DNA from: Thermoplasmatota archaeon
GTDB lineage: Archaea; Thermoplasmatota; SW-10-69-26; JACQPN01; JAJPHT01
NCBI GenBank assembly: GCA_035526585.1
Contig: DATLCC010000087.1
Location: 80 to 64,079 of the forward strand
Direction of reading: 5' to 3'
Length of the DNA stretch: 64,000 nucleotides
Shown: positions 17,896 to 27,711 of the stretch, piece after piece
How the letters are laid out: each line of letters opens with the position of its first letter
Numbering within the stretch: the stretch's first letter is position 1
Position numbers and translations under genes: made by a program
Notes under the pieces: model-generated
Seen by the model: the letters and a program-made list of their open reading frames with translations, nothing else
Databases searched by the model: none
Told to the model about the DNA's origin: nothing

Positions 17896-19434
17896 TCATG
17901 CGCGCCTGCGCGTGAGCGCGACCGCGCATCCCAGCGCCGCGAGCCCGATCCACGCGGGTGCGGGGATGCCGAGCCCTGCTAGAGGCCCTGCCTCGGCGTC
18001 CACGGCCGCCTGGAGCGCCGCTTCGTCCTTCACGAACGGCCTCACGCGCGCGTCGAAGCCCGCGGGGTCGCTCGTGCGCACGCTTTCCCAGGGGCGGAAG
18101 AGCGAATCGTCGTCGAGGATCTCCTCGATCCATCCATCCTTGCAGGGGCATCCGTCGCCTGTGGCGAATGCCTTGTCGATCGTGTCCCATGCGGAGCGGT
18201 AGCCCGGCTCGCCGCGCTGCGCGATCCATGCGCCGACGACGAGCTCGCTGTAGCCGTAGTAGAACGTGCGCGTGTCGTCGTCTTGTGGCGCGGAGGGTTC
18301 CCAGTCGCGGTCGAACGTGAAGTCGGATCGATAGCCGGCGGTCGCGTTCTCGATCGTGATGCGGTCGTCGAAGCTCCAGCAGGTGACGCGCGTCGCCTCC
18401 TTCTCGCAGTGGTTCGTCGCGTTCGGCATGGTCGCGTCCACCTGCCGCTCGGCGTGTCGCGCGGTCCCTTCGAGCCACCAGGCGATCGTCTCCTCGACGT
18501 CGCCCTGCCCGTATGGGAAGCTCGCGGCGTGGAACGCCTCGTGGACGAGGAGCTTCACGGGCACGTAGGGGTACCCCTTGGAGGCGTCCTCGTCGAGTGA
18601 GCTCTCCTTCACCTGGACGAAGCCGTGCCCGTTGTAGTGGCCCGCCTCCCACGGGAAGGGCGTCTCGCGCGCGTAGCGCACGCGCAACGTGTCGAACGGG
18701 CGCGTCAGGCCCGCCTCCGCGAGCGCGGCGTCGAAGGGCGCCGTCGCGAGGCGCGCGACCTCGCGCGCACGGTCCGCGAGCGCGGGCTGCGCGTAGATGC
18801 GGAAGGGCCCCTCGTCGAAGACGTCGAGGGCGCGCCCCGATCCCAGCGGCGCCTCGTACGTGTAGAAGACGTGCGTCGGTCCGTCCTTCGCGACGGTGCC
18901 GTGCCGCGCGTCGTCGGCGATGCGACCCCCGTCGCTGAGGAAGAAGAGCGTGTGGCCCTCGGGGACGCCGACCTCGACCTCGACGCGGCTGTCCTCCGGC
19001 ACGCAGAAATTGATATCCCCCGCGTACAGCGGGTGGTCGGCGCTCCCCGGTCCAGCGCGCGCCATCTCCACGGTGACCTTCTCGGTGCGGGCGACGAAGC
19101 TGATGGTCCGTCTTCCGCCCTCGTCCTTCGCGTCGTAGGGCATCGCGCCCAGCGCGTCGTACACCTTCGTCTCGCGCGCCCGCTCGGGAAGGCAGAGGCC
19201 GCGGTATTGGGTGAGCTTGTGGAGCCCCTCGAAGGCGAGGACCATCGTTTCTTCATGCTCGCTCCCCACGGCGAGCGCGAGGCGGGCGACGACGTCGGCG
19301 TCCTGCGCGGCCGCATGCGGCAACGTCACGCAGACGAGGAGGAGAAGCGCGAGGATGCGCACGGTCGGGCGACGGCGGCGTTCCGGCGTAAGGATTGCCG
19401 TGCGCAGGCCCATCGAGCGGCAACGCGAACGCAC
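17896..19434 (-). CDS. Secreted HExxH protein (putative zinc metalloprotease) with a C-terminal anchor
   Basis: 512 aa. The signal peptide is ILALLLLVCVTLPHAAAQ. An HEAFH motif lies within VKLLVHEAFHAASF. The C-terminus is PAPAWIGLAALGCAVALTRRRA. An alternative start is ATG 19413. Confidence 0.65.
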   Translation of the reverse strand: MRSRCRSMGLRTAILTPERRRRPTVRILALLLLVCVTLPHAAAQDADVVARLALAVGSEHEETMVLAFEGLHKLTQYRGLCLPERARETKVYDALGAMPYDAKDEGGRRTISFVARTEKVTVEMARAGPGSADHPLYAGDINFCVPEDSRVEVEVGVPEGHTLFFLSDGGRIADDARHGTVAKDGPTHVFYTYEAPLGSGRALDVFDEGPFRIYAQPALADRAREVARLATAPFDAALAEAGLTRPFDTLRVRYARETPFPWEAGHYNGHGFVQVKESSLDEDASKGYPYVPVKLLVHEAFHAASFPYGQGDVEETIAWWLEGTARHAERQVDATMPNATNHCEKEATRVTCWSFDDRITIENATAGYRSDFTFDRDWEPSAPQDDDTRTFYYGYSELVVGAWIAQRGEPGYRSAWDTIDKAFATGDGCPCKDGWIEEILDDDSLFRPWESVRTSDPAGFDARVRPFVKDEAALQAAVDAEAGPLAGLGIPAPAWIGLAALGCAVALTRRRA

Positions 19435-19453
19435 CCCCTGCCCTTGTCCTCCG

Positions 19454-19954
19454 TCAGGAGATCGTGACGCCCTTCACCCCGTGGCCGGCGCGGATCTCCT
19501 CGATGACGTCGCCCGGCACGCGCTGCTCGGTGATGACGTAGAGGCGCGGCTCCTCGACGAGCTCGGGGTCGTCGACGATGGCCTGGCGTATGCTGATGCC
19601 GCGCCTCGCGAGCACGCTGGCGAGGTGCGCGAGGATCCCCGGCTCTCGCGCGTCGCTCGGGATGATCTCGATCACGCCCCATCCCATGATGGGCGCAGCG
19701 TCCTTGAGATGGCACGTCGGCCCGAGGCGCGTGTAGAAGCGCATGAGCTCGGGCTCGCGGCGGATCGTCTCCACCGTCGCGCTGATGATCCGGCGATCGA
19801 CCTCGCACGCGCGCGCGAGCGCCGTGTCGCTGATGGCGACGTTGCCGGAGTAGACGCCGTCCTCCCGCACCGAGAACCCGTGGACGAGGAGCGTCTGCGC
19901 GACGCGGCTCTGGGCTGGGAAGCGCTGGAAGTAGCGCGTGAGAAGCTCCCACAT
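19454..19954 (-). CDS. ACT-domain putative regulator of amino-acid metabolism (COG2150-like)
   Basis: 166 aa from ATG 19954. A C-terminal ACT-like fold is present (GVIEIIPSDAREPGILAHLASVLARRGISIRQAIV). It is divergent from the aromatic operon. Confidence 0.6.
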   Translation of the reverse strand: MWELLTRYFQRFPAQSRVAQTLLVHGFSVREDGVYSGNVAISDTALARACEVDRRIISATVETIRREPELMRFYTRLGPTCHLKDAAPIMGWGVIEIIPSDAREPGILAHLASVLARRGISIRQAIVDDPELVEEPRLYVITEQRVPGDVIEEIRAGHGVKGVTIS

Positions 19955-20045
19955 GCCAAACCTCAAGCTTGTGCAGTGCAACATGAATCTTTGCATCATT
20001 GGACAAGAACCGACATTCCCAACGTCCGTTTGTGGCGAGGAATGT

Positions 20046-20052
20046 CTTTATC
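20046..20052 (+). promoter_or_regulatory. TATA-like box (CTTTATC) about 30 nt upstream of the aromatic-operon start, ATG 20082
   Basis: It is an AT-rich heptamer in a GC-rich spacer. A mirror candidate for the divergent ACT gene lies at 19984-19991 (AAAGATTC on the minus strand). Confidence 0.4.
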
Positions 20053-20081
20053 CGCGCTCCGCTCACTTGGACTCGACGACC

Positions 20082-20885
20082 ATGACAAGCCTTGGCAAGC
20101 GGCTGCGCCTCCGCCGCCTCCTCGGGGCCGACGGCAGGGGCGTCGTCGTGCCCATGGACCACGGCGTGAGCGACGGTCCGGTCGCGGGCCTCGAGCGCCC
20201 CGCGGAGACGCTCGCACGTGTGCGCGAGGGGGGCGCGGACAGCGTCATCGTCCACAAGGGGCTCGTGCGCACGCTCGTTCCGCAGCTGGGCGCGCTGGGC
20301 TTCTGGCTCCACGTTTCGGCGGGGACGGCGCTCAACCCCGATCCCAACGACAAGCGCCTCGTCGCGAGCGTCGAAGAGGCGCTGCGGCTGGGCGCGGACG
20401 GCATCAGCCTCCACGTGAACGTGGGCGCGAAGGAGGAGTCCCGCATGGTGGAGGACATGGGTCGGATCGTCACCGAATGCGACAAGGTCGGCCTCCCGGT
20501 CCTCGCCATGATGTACCCGCGCGGTCACTCCATCAGCGACCCGCACGACCTCGCGCTCGTGGCGAAGGTCGCGCGCCTGGGCTACGAGCTTGGCGCGGAC
20601 GTCCTGAAGGTCCCCTACACGGGATCTCCCGACACCTTCGCGCAGGTCGTGCGCGCGGTCGACGTCCCCGTCCTCATCAGCGGGGGCCCGAAGGCCGAGA
20701 GCGACCGCGCCTTCCTCGGCGCCGTGCACGGCTCCCTCGCGGCAGGCGGCGCGGGCGTGAGCGTCGGGCGCAACCTCTGGCAGCACAAGGACCCCGCCGC
20801 GATCACGCGCGCCGTCGCGCGCCTCGTCCACGACCGCGTGAGCCTCGACGACGCGCTGCACGAGCTGGGCAAGGCGCAGCGATGA
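20082..20885 (+). CDS. aroA': 2-amino-3,7-dideoxy-D-threo-hept-6-ulosonate (ADH) synthase, class I aldolase family
   Basis: The N-terminus is MTSLGKRLRLRRLLGADGRGVVVPMDHGVSDGP, followed by a DeoC/FbaB-type aldolase body. It sits directly upstream of DHQ synthase II. Confidence 0.8.
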   Translation: MTSLGKRLRLRRLLGADGRGVVVPMDHGVSDGPVAGLERPAETLARVREGGADSVIVHKGLVRTLVPQLGALGFWLHVSAGTALNPDPNDKRLVASVEEALRLGADGISLHVNVGAKEESRMVEDMGRIVTECDKVGLPVLAMMYPRGHSISDPHDLALVAKVARLGYELGADVLKVPYTGSPDTFAQVVRAVDVPVLISGGPKAESDRAFLGAVHGSLAAGGAGVSVGRNLWQHKDPAAITRAVARLVHDRVSLDDALHELGKAQR

Positions 20886-21907
20886 GCACCGACCGCGTGT
20901 GGATCCTCATCGACGCCAAGGGCGCCAAGCAGGCCAAGGGCGCCAACAACGACATGACGGCTGCCTTGGAAGCCGGCTTCCGTACGTTCGTCATCGACGG
21001 AGACGCCGCGCCGTTCCTCGGCCTCGCCCGCGCGCGCGTGCTCACGATCGACGAGCACGGGATCCGCGAAGGAGAAGAGATCGTCGCCCCGCGCGTCGTC
21101 ATCTCGAGCCCGAAGGACCAGGAGACCGCCCTTGCCCTCGCCGGCAAGCACGACGCCGTCCTCGTCGACGCCAAGGCGTGGAAGATCATCCCGCACGAGA
21201 ACCTCATCGCCGCCTACCGCGGCCGCGGCACGCGCCTCCTCGTCGAAGCCAAGGGCGTCGACGAGGCCGCCCTTCTCCTCTCCACGCTGGAACGCGGCGT
21301 GGATATCGTTCTCCTCCCCGCGGCCGCCGCGGCAGCGGCTGCCAAGCGGTTCTCCATGGCAGGAACAGAATCGCTGCGCGAAGCTGCTGTCACCAAGGTG
21401 AAGCCGGTGGGCGTCGGGGACCGCGCGTGCCTCGACACCGCGAGCCTCCTCGCCGAGGACGAAGGCGTCCTCACCGGCAGCGCGAGCGGCGGCCTCTTCC
21501 TCGTCGCGAGCGAAGCGCGTGAGTCCGGCTATGTCGCGAGCCGTCCCTTCCGCGTGAACGCGGGCGCCGTGCACGCGTACGTCTTGGTCCCGGGCGGCCG
21601 CACGCGTTACCTCAGCGAGCTCCACGCGGGCGACGAGGTGCTCGTCTGCGGCAAGGACGGGACCGCGCGCCCGGTCGTCCTTGGCCGCGTGAAGATCGAA
21701 CGCCGCCCGCTCCTTCTCGTCGAGGCGGAGCTCGACGGGCGCATCGTGAAGACGCTCCTCCAGAACGCCGAGACCATCCGCCTCGTGGGATCCCGCGGCA
21801 CGATCAGCGTCGTGGACCTTGCGCCCGGGGACAAGGTGCTCGTGCGCCTCGACGAGGGCGGGCGCCATTTCGGCATGGCGGTCGACGAGACCGTGGTGGA
21901 GCGATAG
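20882..21907 (+). CDS. aroB': 3-dehydroquinate synthase II (archaeal type)
   Basis: 341 aa. ATG 20882 overlaps the upstream stop (ATGA). The profile is DHQS-II-like (VWILIDAKG..MTAALEAGF..). Confidence 0.85.
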   Translation: MSTDRVWILIDAKGAKQAKGANNDMTAALEAGFRTFVIDGDAAPFLGLARARVLTIDEHGIREGEEIVAPRVVISSPKDQETALALAGKHDAVLVDAKAWKIIPHENLIAAYRGRGTRLLVEAKGVDEAALLLSTLERGVDIVLLPAAAAAAAAKRFSMAGTESLREAAVTKVKPVGVGDRACLDTASLLAEDEGVLTGSASGGLFLVASEARESGYVASRPFRVNAGAVHAYVLVPGGRTRYLSELHAGDEVLVCGKDGTARPVVLGRVKIERRPLLLVEAELDGRIVKTLLQNAETIRLVGSRGTISVVDLAPGDKVLVRLDEGGRHFGMAVDETVVER

Positions 21908-21908
21908 C

Positions 21909-23366
21909 ATGACCCGGATCGTCGTGACGGCCTTCGGCGACACGCCCGACGCGCTCTACGACGCGGCGCGCAAGGCCGAGCCCCACGCCGACTGGATCGA
22001 GATCCGCCTGGACGGCCCGAGCGGGCTCCCGTGGGACCTGCGCTCGTTCTTCTCCTTCGCGAAGCCCTGCATCGCGACCGTGCGCCACACGCTGGATGGT
22101 GGCCGCAGCGGCGCCGACGACGCCACGCGCGCGGCGCTCCTACGCCGCGCGGTGCTTGCGGGCGCGACGGCCATCGACGTGGAAGCGTGGAGCGACGAGG
22201 CTCCGCGCCTCGTCAAGGAAGCGCGCGGCCACGGCGTGACGACGATCGTGAGCGAGCACATGCCCGACACGCCCAGCGACAAGGCGCTCCTCGAAGCGCT
22301 CCGGGGCATGCGCGCGCTGGGCGCCGACGTCGCGAAGCTCGCGACGCGCGCGGGCGCGCCCCACGACGTCGCGACGCTCGCGCGCGCTGCGCAGCTCGCC
22401 CGCGACGAGGGGCTCCCGTTCGCCCTCATGGCGGTGGAGGATCCGTTCCTGCGCTACGCCGCGCCGGCATTCGGGATGCGCCTCGCGTACGCGCACGCGC
22501 CTGGCGCGCCTGCCGCCGCCCCCGGGCAGCCCGCGGCCGACGCCTTGCGCGCCGCGCACGCGCAGCTGGGGGACGCGCGGCGCTTCGCGTGCCTCCTTGG
22601 CCACCCGGTCTCTCATTCGAAGAGCCCGCCGATGCAGAACATGGCGTTCGTCGCCCTCGCCATGGACGAGCGATACGCGGCGTTCGACGTCGCTCCCGAG
22701 CAGCTCGCGGGCGCGCTGGCCGGCCTGCGCGAGAGCGGCGCGCTGGGCTGCAATCTCACGATCCCGCACAAGGAGGCCGCCGTGCCGCTCATGGATGCGC
22801 TGGACGAGGACGCGCGAGCCGCGGGCGCAGTGAACACGGTCGTCGTCCGCGCCGGCAAGCTCGTCGGGCACAACACGGACGGCGCCGGCGCGCTGGATGC
22901 CCTCGCGGAGGCGGGAGCGCCAGCCGAAGGGGCCGTGCTCCTCCTGGGCGCGGGCGGCACCGCGCGCGCCATCGCCGCCGCGCTCCGCCGCGCCGGCCGC
23001 CGCGTCACGGTCGCGAACCGCACGCACGCACGCGCGGAGAGGCTGGCGCGCGAGATCGGCGCGGCCGTGTTTCCGTGGAGCGAGGCCGTCGCGAGGTTGC
23101 CTACGTTCCCAGTCGTGATCCACGCCACGTCGGTCGGCCTCGTGGACGACGCGACGCCCTTCGACCACCGCCTGCTCGCACGCGACGCGACGCTCCTCGA
23201 CTGCGTGTACCGCGCGGGGGGGACCGCCCTCGTGCGCCGCGCGCACGCGCGCGGCGTCCGAGCCATCCCCGGCGAGGCGATGCTGCTGCACCAGGGCGCG
23301 CGCGCGTTCGCGCTATGGACCGGCCGCGAGGCACCGATCGACGACATGCGGGAGGCGCTCGCGTGA
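21909..23366 (+). CDS. aroD/aroE: Bifunctional 3-dehydroquinate dehydratase (type I) / shikimate 5-dehydrogenase fusion
   Basis: 485 aa. The N-terminal half is type I DHQase-like (WIEIRLD.., VSEHM.., ADVAKLA). The C-terminal half is AroE (GHPVSHSKSPPMQN, NLTIPHKE, NTDGAG, GAGGTARA). Confidence 0.85.
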   Translation: MTRIVVTAFGDTPDALYDAARKAEPHADWIEIRLDGPSGLPWDLRSFFSFAKPCIATVRHTLDGGRSGADDATRAALLRRAVLAGATAIDVEAWSDEAPRLVKEARGHGVTTIVSEHMPDTPSDKALLEALRGMRALGADVAKLATRAGAPHDVATLARAAQLARDEGLPFALMAVEDPFLRYAAPAFGMRLAYAHAPGAPAAAPGQPAADALRAAHAQLGDARRFACLLGHPVSHSKSPPMQNMAFVALAMDERYAAFDVAPEQLAGALAGLRESGALGCNLTIPHKEAAVPLMDALDEDARAAGAVNTVVVRAGKLVGHNTDGAGALDALAEAGAPAEGAVLLLGAGGTARAIAAALRRAGRRVTVANRTHARAERLAREIGAAVFPWSEAVARLPTFPVVIHATSVGLVDDATPFDHRLLARDATLLDCVYRAGGTALVRRAHARGVRAIPGEAMLLHQGARAFALWTGREAPIDDMREALA

Positions 23367-24253
23367 GCGTCGGCCGGGCGCGCGCGAACGGCGCGATCAG
23401 CATCGTGAACGCGATCGTGACCGGGCACGCCGGCGGCAGCGCGGCGATCGACCTGCACACGCAGGCGAAGGTCACGCTCCTCGAGGACGCGCCGGAGGTC
23501 GAGGTGCTGATCGATGGAAAGGAGGCCGGAGAGGAGGGGATCCTCGCACGCCTGTGCCTGAAGGCGGTCGTCGCGCGCCTGGGCGAGCCCGAGTGGGGCG
23601 GCCGCGTCGAGACGACAAGCGACATCCCGTCCTCCCGCGGCCTCAAGTCGTCGAGCGCGGCGGCGAACGCGGTGACGCTCGCGGCGAACCAGGCGTTCCA
23701 TCTCTACGAGGGGAAGGCGCTCTCGCGCGGCGAGTGCCTGGCAGCCGCGATCGAGGCCGCGCTCGACGCAGGTGTCACCATCACCGGCGCCTTCGACGAC
23801 GCGAGCGCGAGCCTCGACGGCGGCGTCGTCGTCACGGACAACCTCGCGCGCCTGGTCCTTCACCGCGAAGCCGTCGATGAAGCGCTCCGCGTCGTGCTCG
23901 TCGTTCCCGCCTCGAAGACGCCGACCGCGAGCGTGCGCGACCTCCCCTACGGCGCCTTCGCCACGCTCGCGCTCCACGCGCACGCCCTCGCCCGCAAGGG
24001 AGACTGGTACCGAGCCATGACCTTGAACGGCCTCTACGCCGCGGCCCTCTACGGCGCGCCCTCCTCGTGGACGCGCGACGCGCTGGGAGCCGGCGCGCTC
24101 GCCGCGGGCCTGAGCGGCACGGGCCCGGCGTTCGCCGCCGTGTGCCGCGCGGAGGACGCGGGCGCCGTGGGAAAGGCGCTGCGCGACGCGGCGCCCTCCA
24201 CCGAGATCCGCACCGTCTCGCTCACCAACCGACGCGCGGACGTGATCCCATGA
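23363..24253 (+). CDS. aroK: Shikimate kinase, GHMP-kinase type (archaeal)
   Basis: GTG 23363 overlaps the upstream stop (GTGA). Motifs are GAISIVNAIVTG and the GHMP motif PSSRGLKSSSAAANA. Confidence 0.85.
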   Translation: MSVGRARANGAISIVNAIVTGHAGGSAAIDLHTQAKVTLLEDAPEVEVLIDGKEAGEEGILARLCLKAVVARLGEPEWGGRVETTSDIPSSRGLKSSSAAANAVTLAANQAFHLYEGKALSRGECLAAAIEAALDAGVTITGAFDDASASLDGGVVVTDNLARLVLHREAVDEALRVVLVVPASKTPTASVRDLPYGAFATLALHAHALARKGDWYRAMTLNGLYAAALYGAPSSWTRDALGAGALAAGLSGTGPAFAAVCRAEDAGAVGKALRDAAPSTEIRTVSLTNRRADVIP

Positions 24254-25512
24254 GCCTCCGCATCCATCCTGGCACGGTGAAAGGCGCGGTCTCCGCGCCC
24301 CCCTCGAAATCCTACACGCACCGCGCGTACCTCCTCGGGCTCCTCGCCGAAGGCACGACGACGGTGCGAGACGGCCTCGCGAGCGAAGATCCACGCGCCA
24401 CCCTCCAGGGGATCGAGGAGCTCGGCGCGCTCGTCACGCGCGGCGCGCCCACGCTCATCGAGAGCGACGGCAGGCTCCGCCCCGCCAAGGCCACGATCGA
24501 CTGCCTCAACAGCGGCACGACGCTGCGCCTCCTCACCGCGATCGCGAGCCTCGCCTCCGGTACGACCACGCTCACCGGCGACGCAAGTCTCCGCAAGCGC
24601 CCCATGCGACCGCTCGCCGAGTCGCTGCGGCGGCTGGGGGTGGAGGTGTCGCTGACGGAGGGCAAGGCGCCCATCACCGTGAGCGGTCCGATGAATGGCG
24701 GGCGCACCGAGCTTCCCGGAGATATCAGCAGCCAGTTCGTCTCGGCGCTGCTCCTCGCGGGCGCGCGGACCAAGGACGGGGTGGAGGTCGCGATCCAGGG
24801 GACGCTCAAGAGCCGCCCCTATGTCGACATCACGATCGAGATGATGGAGGACTTCGGCGCGCGGGTGCAACGCCGCGGCGAAGGGTTCGTCGTCGCGGGC
24901 GGACAGAGCTACAGGGCGCGCGACTACCGCGTGCCGGGCGACTTCAGCACCGCGGCGTTCCCGCTCGTGGCCGCGGCGATCGCAGGCGACGTGCGCGTCG
25001 ACAACCTCCCCGCGAAGACCGCGCAGGGCGACAAGGCGATCCTCGACCACCTCGAGCTCTTCGGCGCGAAGGTCGTCCGCGACCCCCGCTCCGCCCGCGT
25101 CGCCGCAGCCCCGCTCCGAGGGGCTCAGATCGACCTCAGCGACACTCCCGACGCGTTCCCCGCGCTCTGCGCGCTCGCCGCGCACGCGCAAGGCGAGACG
25201 ATCCTCTCCGGCGCGGCGCACCTGCGCTTCAAGGAGAGCGATCGCATCCACGCCATGGTCTCGAACTTGCAGAAGATGGGCATCGACGCGACCGAGCGCG
25301 AGGATGGCGCCGTGATCCGCGGCGGCATCGTGCGACGCGCCAAGGGGCTCGTGACGGAGGGCGATCACCGGATCCTGATGGCGCTCGCCGTGTGCGCGCT
25401 CAGGGCGGAGGGGCCGATCGAGCTCGACGACCACGAGTGCTTCAGCGTCTCGTACCCCGGGTTCCTGGACGACATGCGGAAGCTTGGCGCGAAGATGGAG
25501 GTCGTCGCGTGA
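24250..25512 (+). CDS. aroA: 3-phosphoshikimate 1-carboxyvinyltransferase (EPSP synthase)
   Basis: 420 aa with an ATGA overlap. Motifs are PPSKSYTHRA and LNSGTTLRLL. Confidence 0.95.
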   Translation: MSLRIHPGTVKGAVSAPPSKSYTHRAYLLGLLAEGTTTVRDGLASEDPRATLQGIEELGALVTRGAPTLIESDGRLRPAKATIDCLNSGTTLRLLTAIASLASGTTTLTGDASLRKRPMRPLAESLRRLGVEVSLTEGKAPITVSGPMNGGRTELPGDISSQFVSALLLAGARTKDGVEVAIQGTLKSRPYVDITIEMMEDFGARVQRRGEGFVVAGGQSYRARDYRVPGDFSTAAFPLVAAAIAGDVRVDNLPAKTAQGDKAILDHLELFGAKVVRDPRSARVAAAPLRGAQIDLSDTPDAFPALCALAAHAQGETILSGAAHLRFKESDRIHAMVSNLQKMGIDATEREDGAVIRGGIVRRAKGLVTEGDHRILMALAVCALRAEGPIELDDHECFSVSYPGFLDDMRKLGAKMEVVA

Positions 25513-26618
25513 ACACGATCGGGCGCCGCTTCCGCCTGACCATCGTCGGCGAGAGCCATGGCGAGCTCGTGGGCGTCGTCCTCGACGGCGTACCACCTGG
25601 CGTCCCCTTCGGCGAGGCGGACGTGCAGCCCGCGCTGGATCGTCGCCGCCCCGGCCAGTCGCTCCTCACGACGCAGCGCGCCGAGGCCGATCGCGTGCGC
25701 ATCCGGAGCGGCGTGCACGAGGGCAGGACGACGGGCGCGCCGCTCCTCCTCGAGATCCTCAACGAGGACAAGCGCTCGCAGGACTACGCCGAGCTTCGTC
25801 ACAAGCCGCGCCCTGGCCACGCGGACCACACGGCGAGCGTGCATTACCTTGGGCACAACGACCCGCGCGGCTCGGGGCATTTCAGCGGCCGCATGACGGC
25901 CGCGTGGGTGATGGCGGGCGCGCTCGCGCAGAAGGTGCTCGCGGCGCACGGCATCCAGGGCGCAGCGCACGCCGTGCGCATCGGCGGCGTCGAGACGACG
26001 TCCCAGCTCGCGGTGCGCCCGATCCGCGAGGCCGTCGAGAAGACGCCCGTGCGCTGCGCCGACCTTGCGCAGGCCGACGCGATGATCGCCGCGATCGAGC
26101 AGGCCCGCAAGGCGGGCGACAGCGTGGGCGGGATCGTCGAGTGCGTCTACGAGGGCCTGCCCGAAGGGCTGGGCGACCCGATCCTCGACAGCGCCGAGGC
26201 GCTCCTCACGCACGCGCTCTTCGGCATCCCGGCCGTGAAGGGGGTCGAGTTCGGCAGCGGCTTCGCGCTCGCGGCGATGCGCGGCTCGGAGGCGCGCGAC
26301 GAGTTCGTGATGGAGGAGGGCGCGCTCCGCACGCGCGCGAACCACAACGGCGGCATCCTGGGGGGCATCACCACCGGGATGCCGGTGCGCTTCCGCGTCG
26401 CGTTCAAGCCCACGAGCAGCATCCCGCTCTCGCAGCAGACCGTCGACCTGCGCACCGGCGAGCCGGCGGAGCTGCGCGTCAAGGGGCGCCACGATCCGTG
26501 CATCGTGCCGCGCGCCGTCCCGGTCGTCGAGGCCGTCGCCGCGTGCGTGCTCCTCGACCTCCTGCTCGAGCGTCACGGAGTGCTTGGCGTGGCGGCGCCC
26601 TTCCAGGAGGCGCGATGA
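25509..26618 (+). CDS. aroC: Chorismate synthase
   Basis: 369 aa with a GTGA overlap. Motifs are FRLTIVGESHG and GRHDPCIVPRA. Confidence 0.95.
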   Translation: MNTIGRRFRLTIVGESHGELVGVVLDGVPPGVPFGEADVQPALDRRRPGQSLLTTQRAEADRVRIRSGVHEGRTTGAPLLLEILNEDKRSQDYAELRHKPRPGHADHTASVHYLGHNDPRGSGHFSGRMTAAWVMAGALAQKVLAAHGIQGAAHAVRIGGVETTSQLAVRPIREAVEKTPVRCADLAQADAMIAAIEQARKAGDSVGGIVECVYEGLPEGLGDPILDSAEALLTHALFGIPAVKGVEFGSGFALAAMRGSEARDEFVMEEGALRTRANHNGGILGGITTGMPVRFRVAFKPTSSIPLSQQTVDLRTGEPAELRVKGRHDPCIVPRAVPVVEAVAACVLLDLLLERHGVLGVAAPFQEAR

Positions 26619-27709
26619 CAGAGGAGGAGATCGCCCGCCTGCGCGACGAGATCCGCGCGGTCGATCGGCGACTGGTGGAGCTGACCGCTCTCCGGCTCCG
26701 ACTCGCGAAGCGGGTCGGGGAGCTGAAGCAGCATGCGCGTCAGCCGATCCGCAACTATGTGGTGGAGGCGGAGGCGATCCGGCTCGTGCGCGACGCGGCT
26801 CGTGAGCTGGGCGTGCGTCCGGAGATCGCTGAGGAGCTGCTGAAGCTCGAGATCCAGGAGAGCCTGCGCGTCCAGGAGAAGGACCGCGTGGGCCGCAGCC
26901 GTCCCCAGGGAACGGCGGGGAAGGCGCTCGTCGTGGGCGGCGCGGGCAACATGGGGCGCTGGTTCGTCGAGTTCCTGGAGAGCAAAGGATATCAGACGTC
27001 GATCCTCGACGTGCGAGGTCCCCCGCCGGGCCGGCCGCACGTCACCGACCTCGTGGCTGAGGCCGGGGCGTTCGATATCGTCCTTCTTGCGACGCCGCCA
27101 AGCGCGACGAGCGACGTGCTGCGCTCGCTCAAGGGGCGCACGTCTGCGCTCATCCTCGACATCGCGAGCCTCAAGGCGCCGGTGGCGGCGGCGCTGCGCG
27201 AGCTCGCGGCGAGCGGCGCGAACGTGGCGAGCATCCACCCGATGTGGGGCCCCGGCGCGGAGATCCTCGCGGGGCGCAACGTCGTGGTCTGCGACTTTGG
27301 AGCCCCCGACTCCGCGCTCGCCGCGAGGAAGCTCTTCGAGGACACGGCCGCGAACCTCGTCTCGATGGGGCTCGAAGAGCACGATCGCTTCATGGGGCTC
27401 GTCCTCGGGCTGCCGCACGCCGTGAGCCTCGTCTTTGGCGCGGCTCTCGCGGGGATGGGGACGCCTTTCGCGGAGGTGTCGAACCTGGGGGGCCCGACCT
27501 TCCAGAAGCAGGTCCGCGTGAGCGCCGAAGTCGCCGCGGAGAACAAGGACCTGTATTTCGAGATCCAGAAGCTCAATCCCCATACGGCGAACGTGCTGGC
27601 CAGGCTACGGCGAAGCCTTGATGAGCTGGAGGCAAGTCTCGCGAGCAACGAGGAGTTCCGCGCGTACATGTCCCGCTCGCAGCGCTGGTTCGAGGAGGGG
27701 TCCCGCTGA
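26615..27709 (+). CDS. tyrA: Chorismate mutase / prephenate dehydrogenase fusion
   Basis: 364 aa with an ATGA overlap. An N-terminal AroQ-type CM helix (IARLRDEIRAVDRRLVELTALRLRLAKRVGELK) is followed by a Rossmann fold (VVGGAGNMGRWF) and a PDH C-terminal domain. Confidence 0.85.
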   Translation: MTEEEIARLRDEIRAVDRRLVELTALRLRLAKRVGELKQHARQPIRNYVVEAEAIRLVRDAARELGVRPEIAEELLKLEIQESLRVQEKDRVGRSRPQGTAGKALVVGGAGNMGRWFVEFLESKGYQTSILDVRGPPPGRPHVTDLVAEAGAFDIVLLATPPSATSDVLRSLKGRTSALILDIASLKAPVAAALRELAASGANVASIHPMWGPGAEILAGRNVVVCDFGAPDSALAARKLFEDTAANLVSMGLEEHDRFMGLVLGLPHAVSLVFGAALAGMGTPFAEVSNLGGPTFQKQVRVSAEVAAENKDLYFEIQKLNPHTANVLARLRRSLDELEASLASNEEFRAYMSRSQRWFEEGSR

Positions 27710-27711
27710 TC

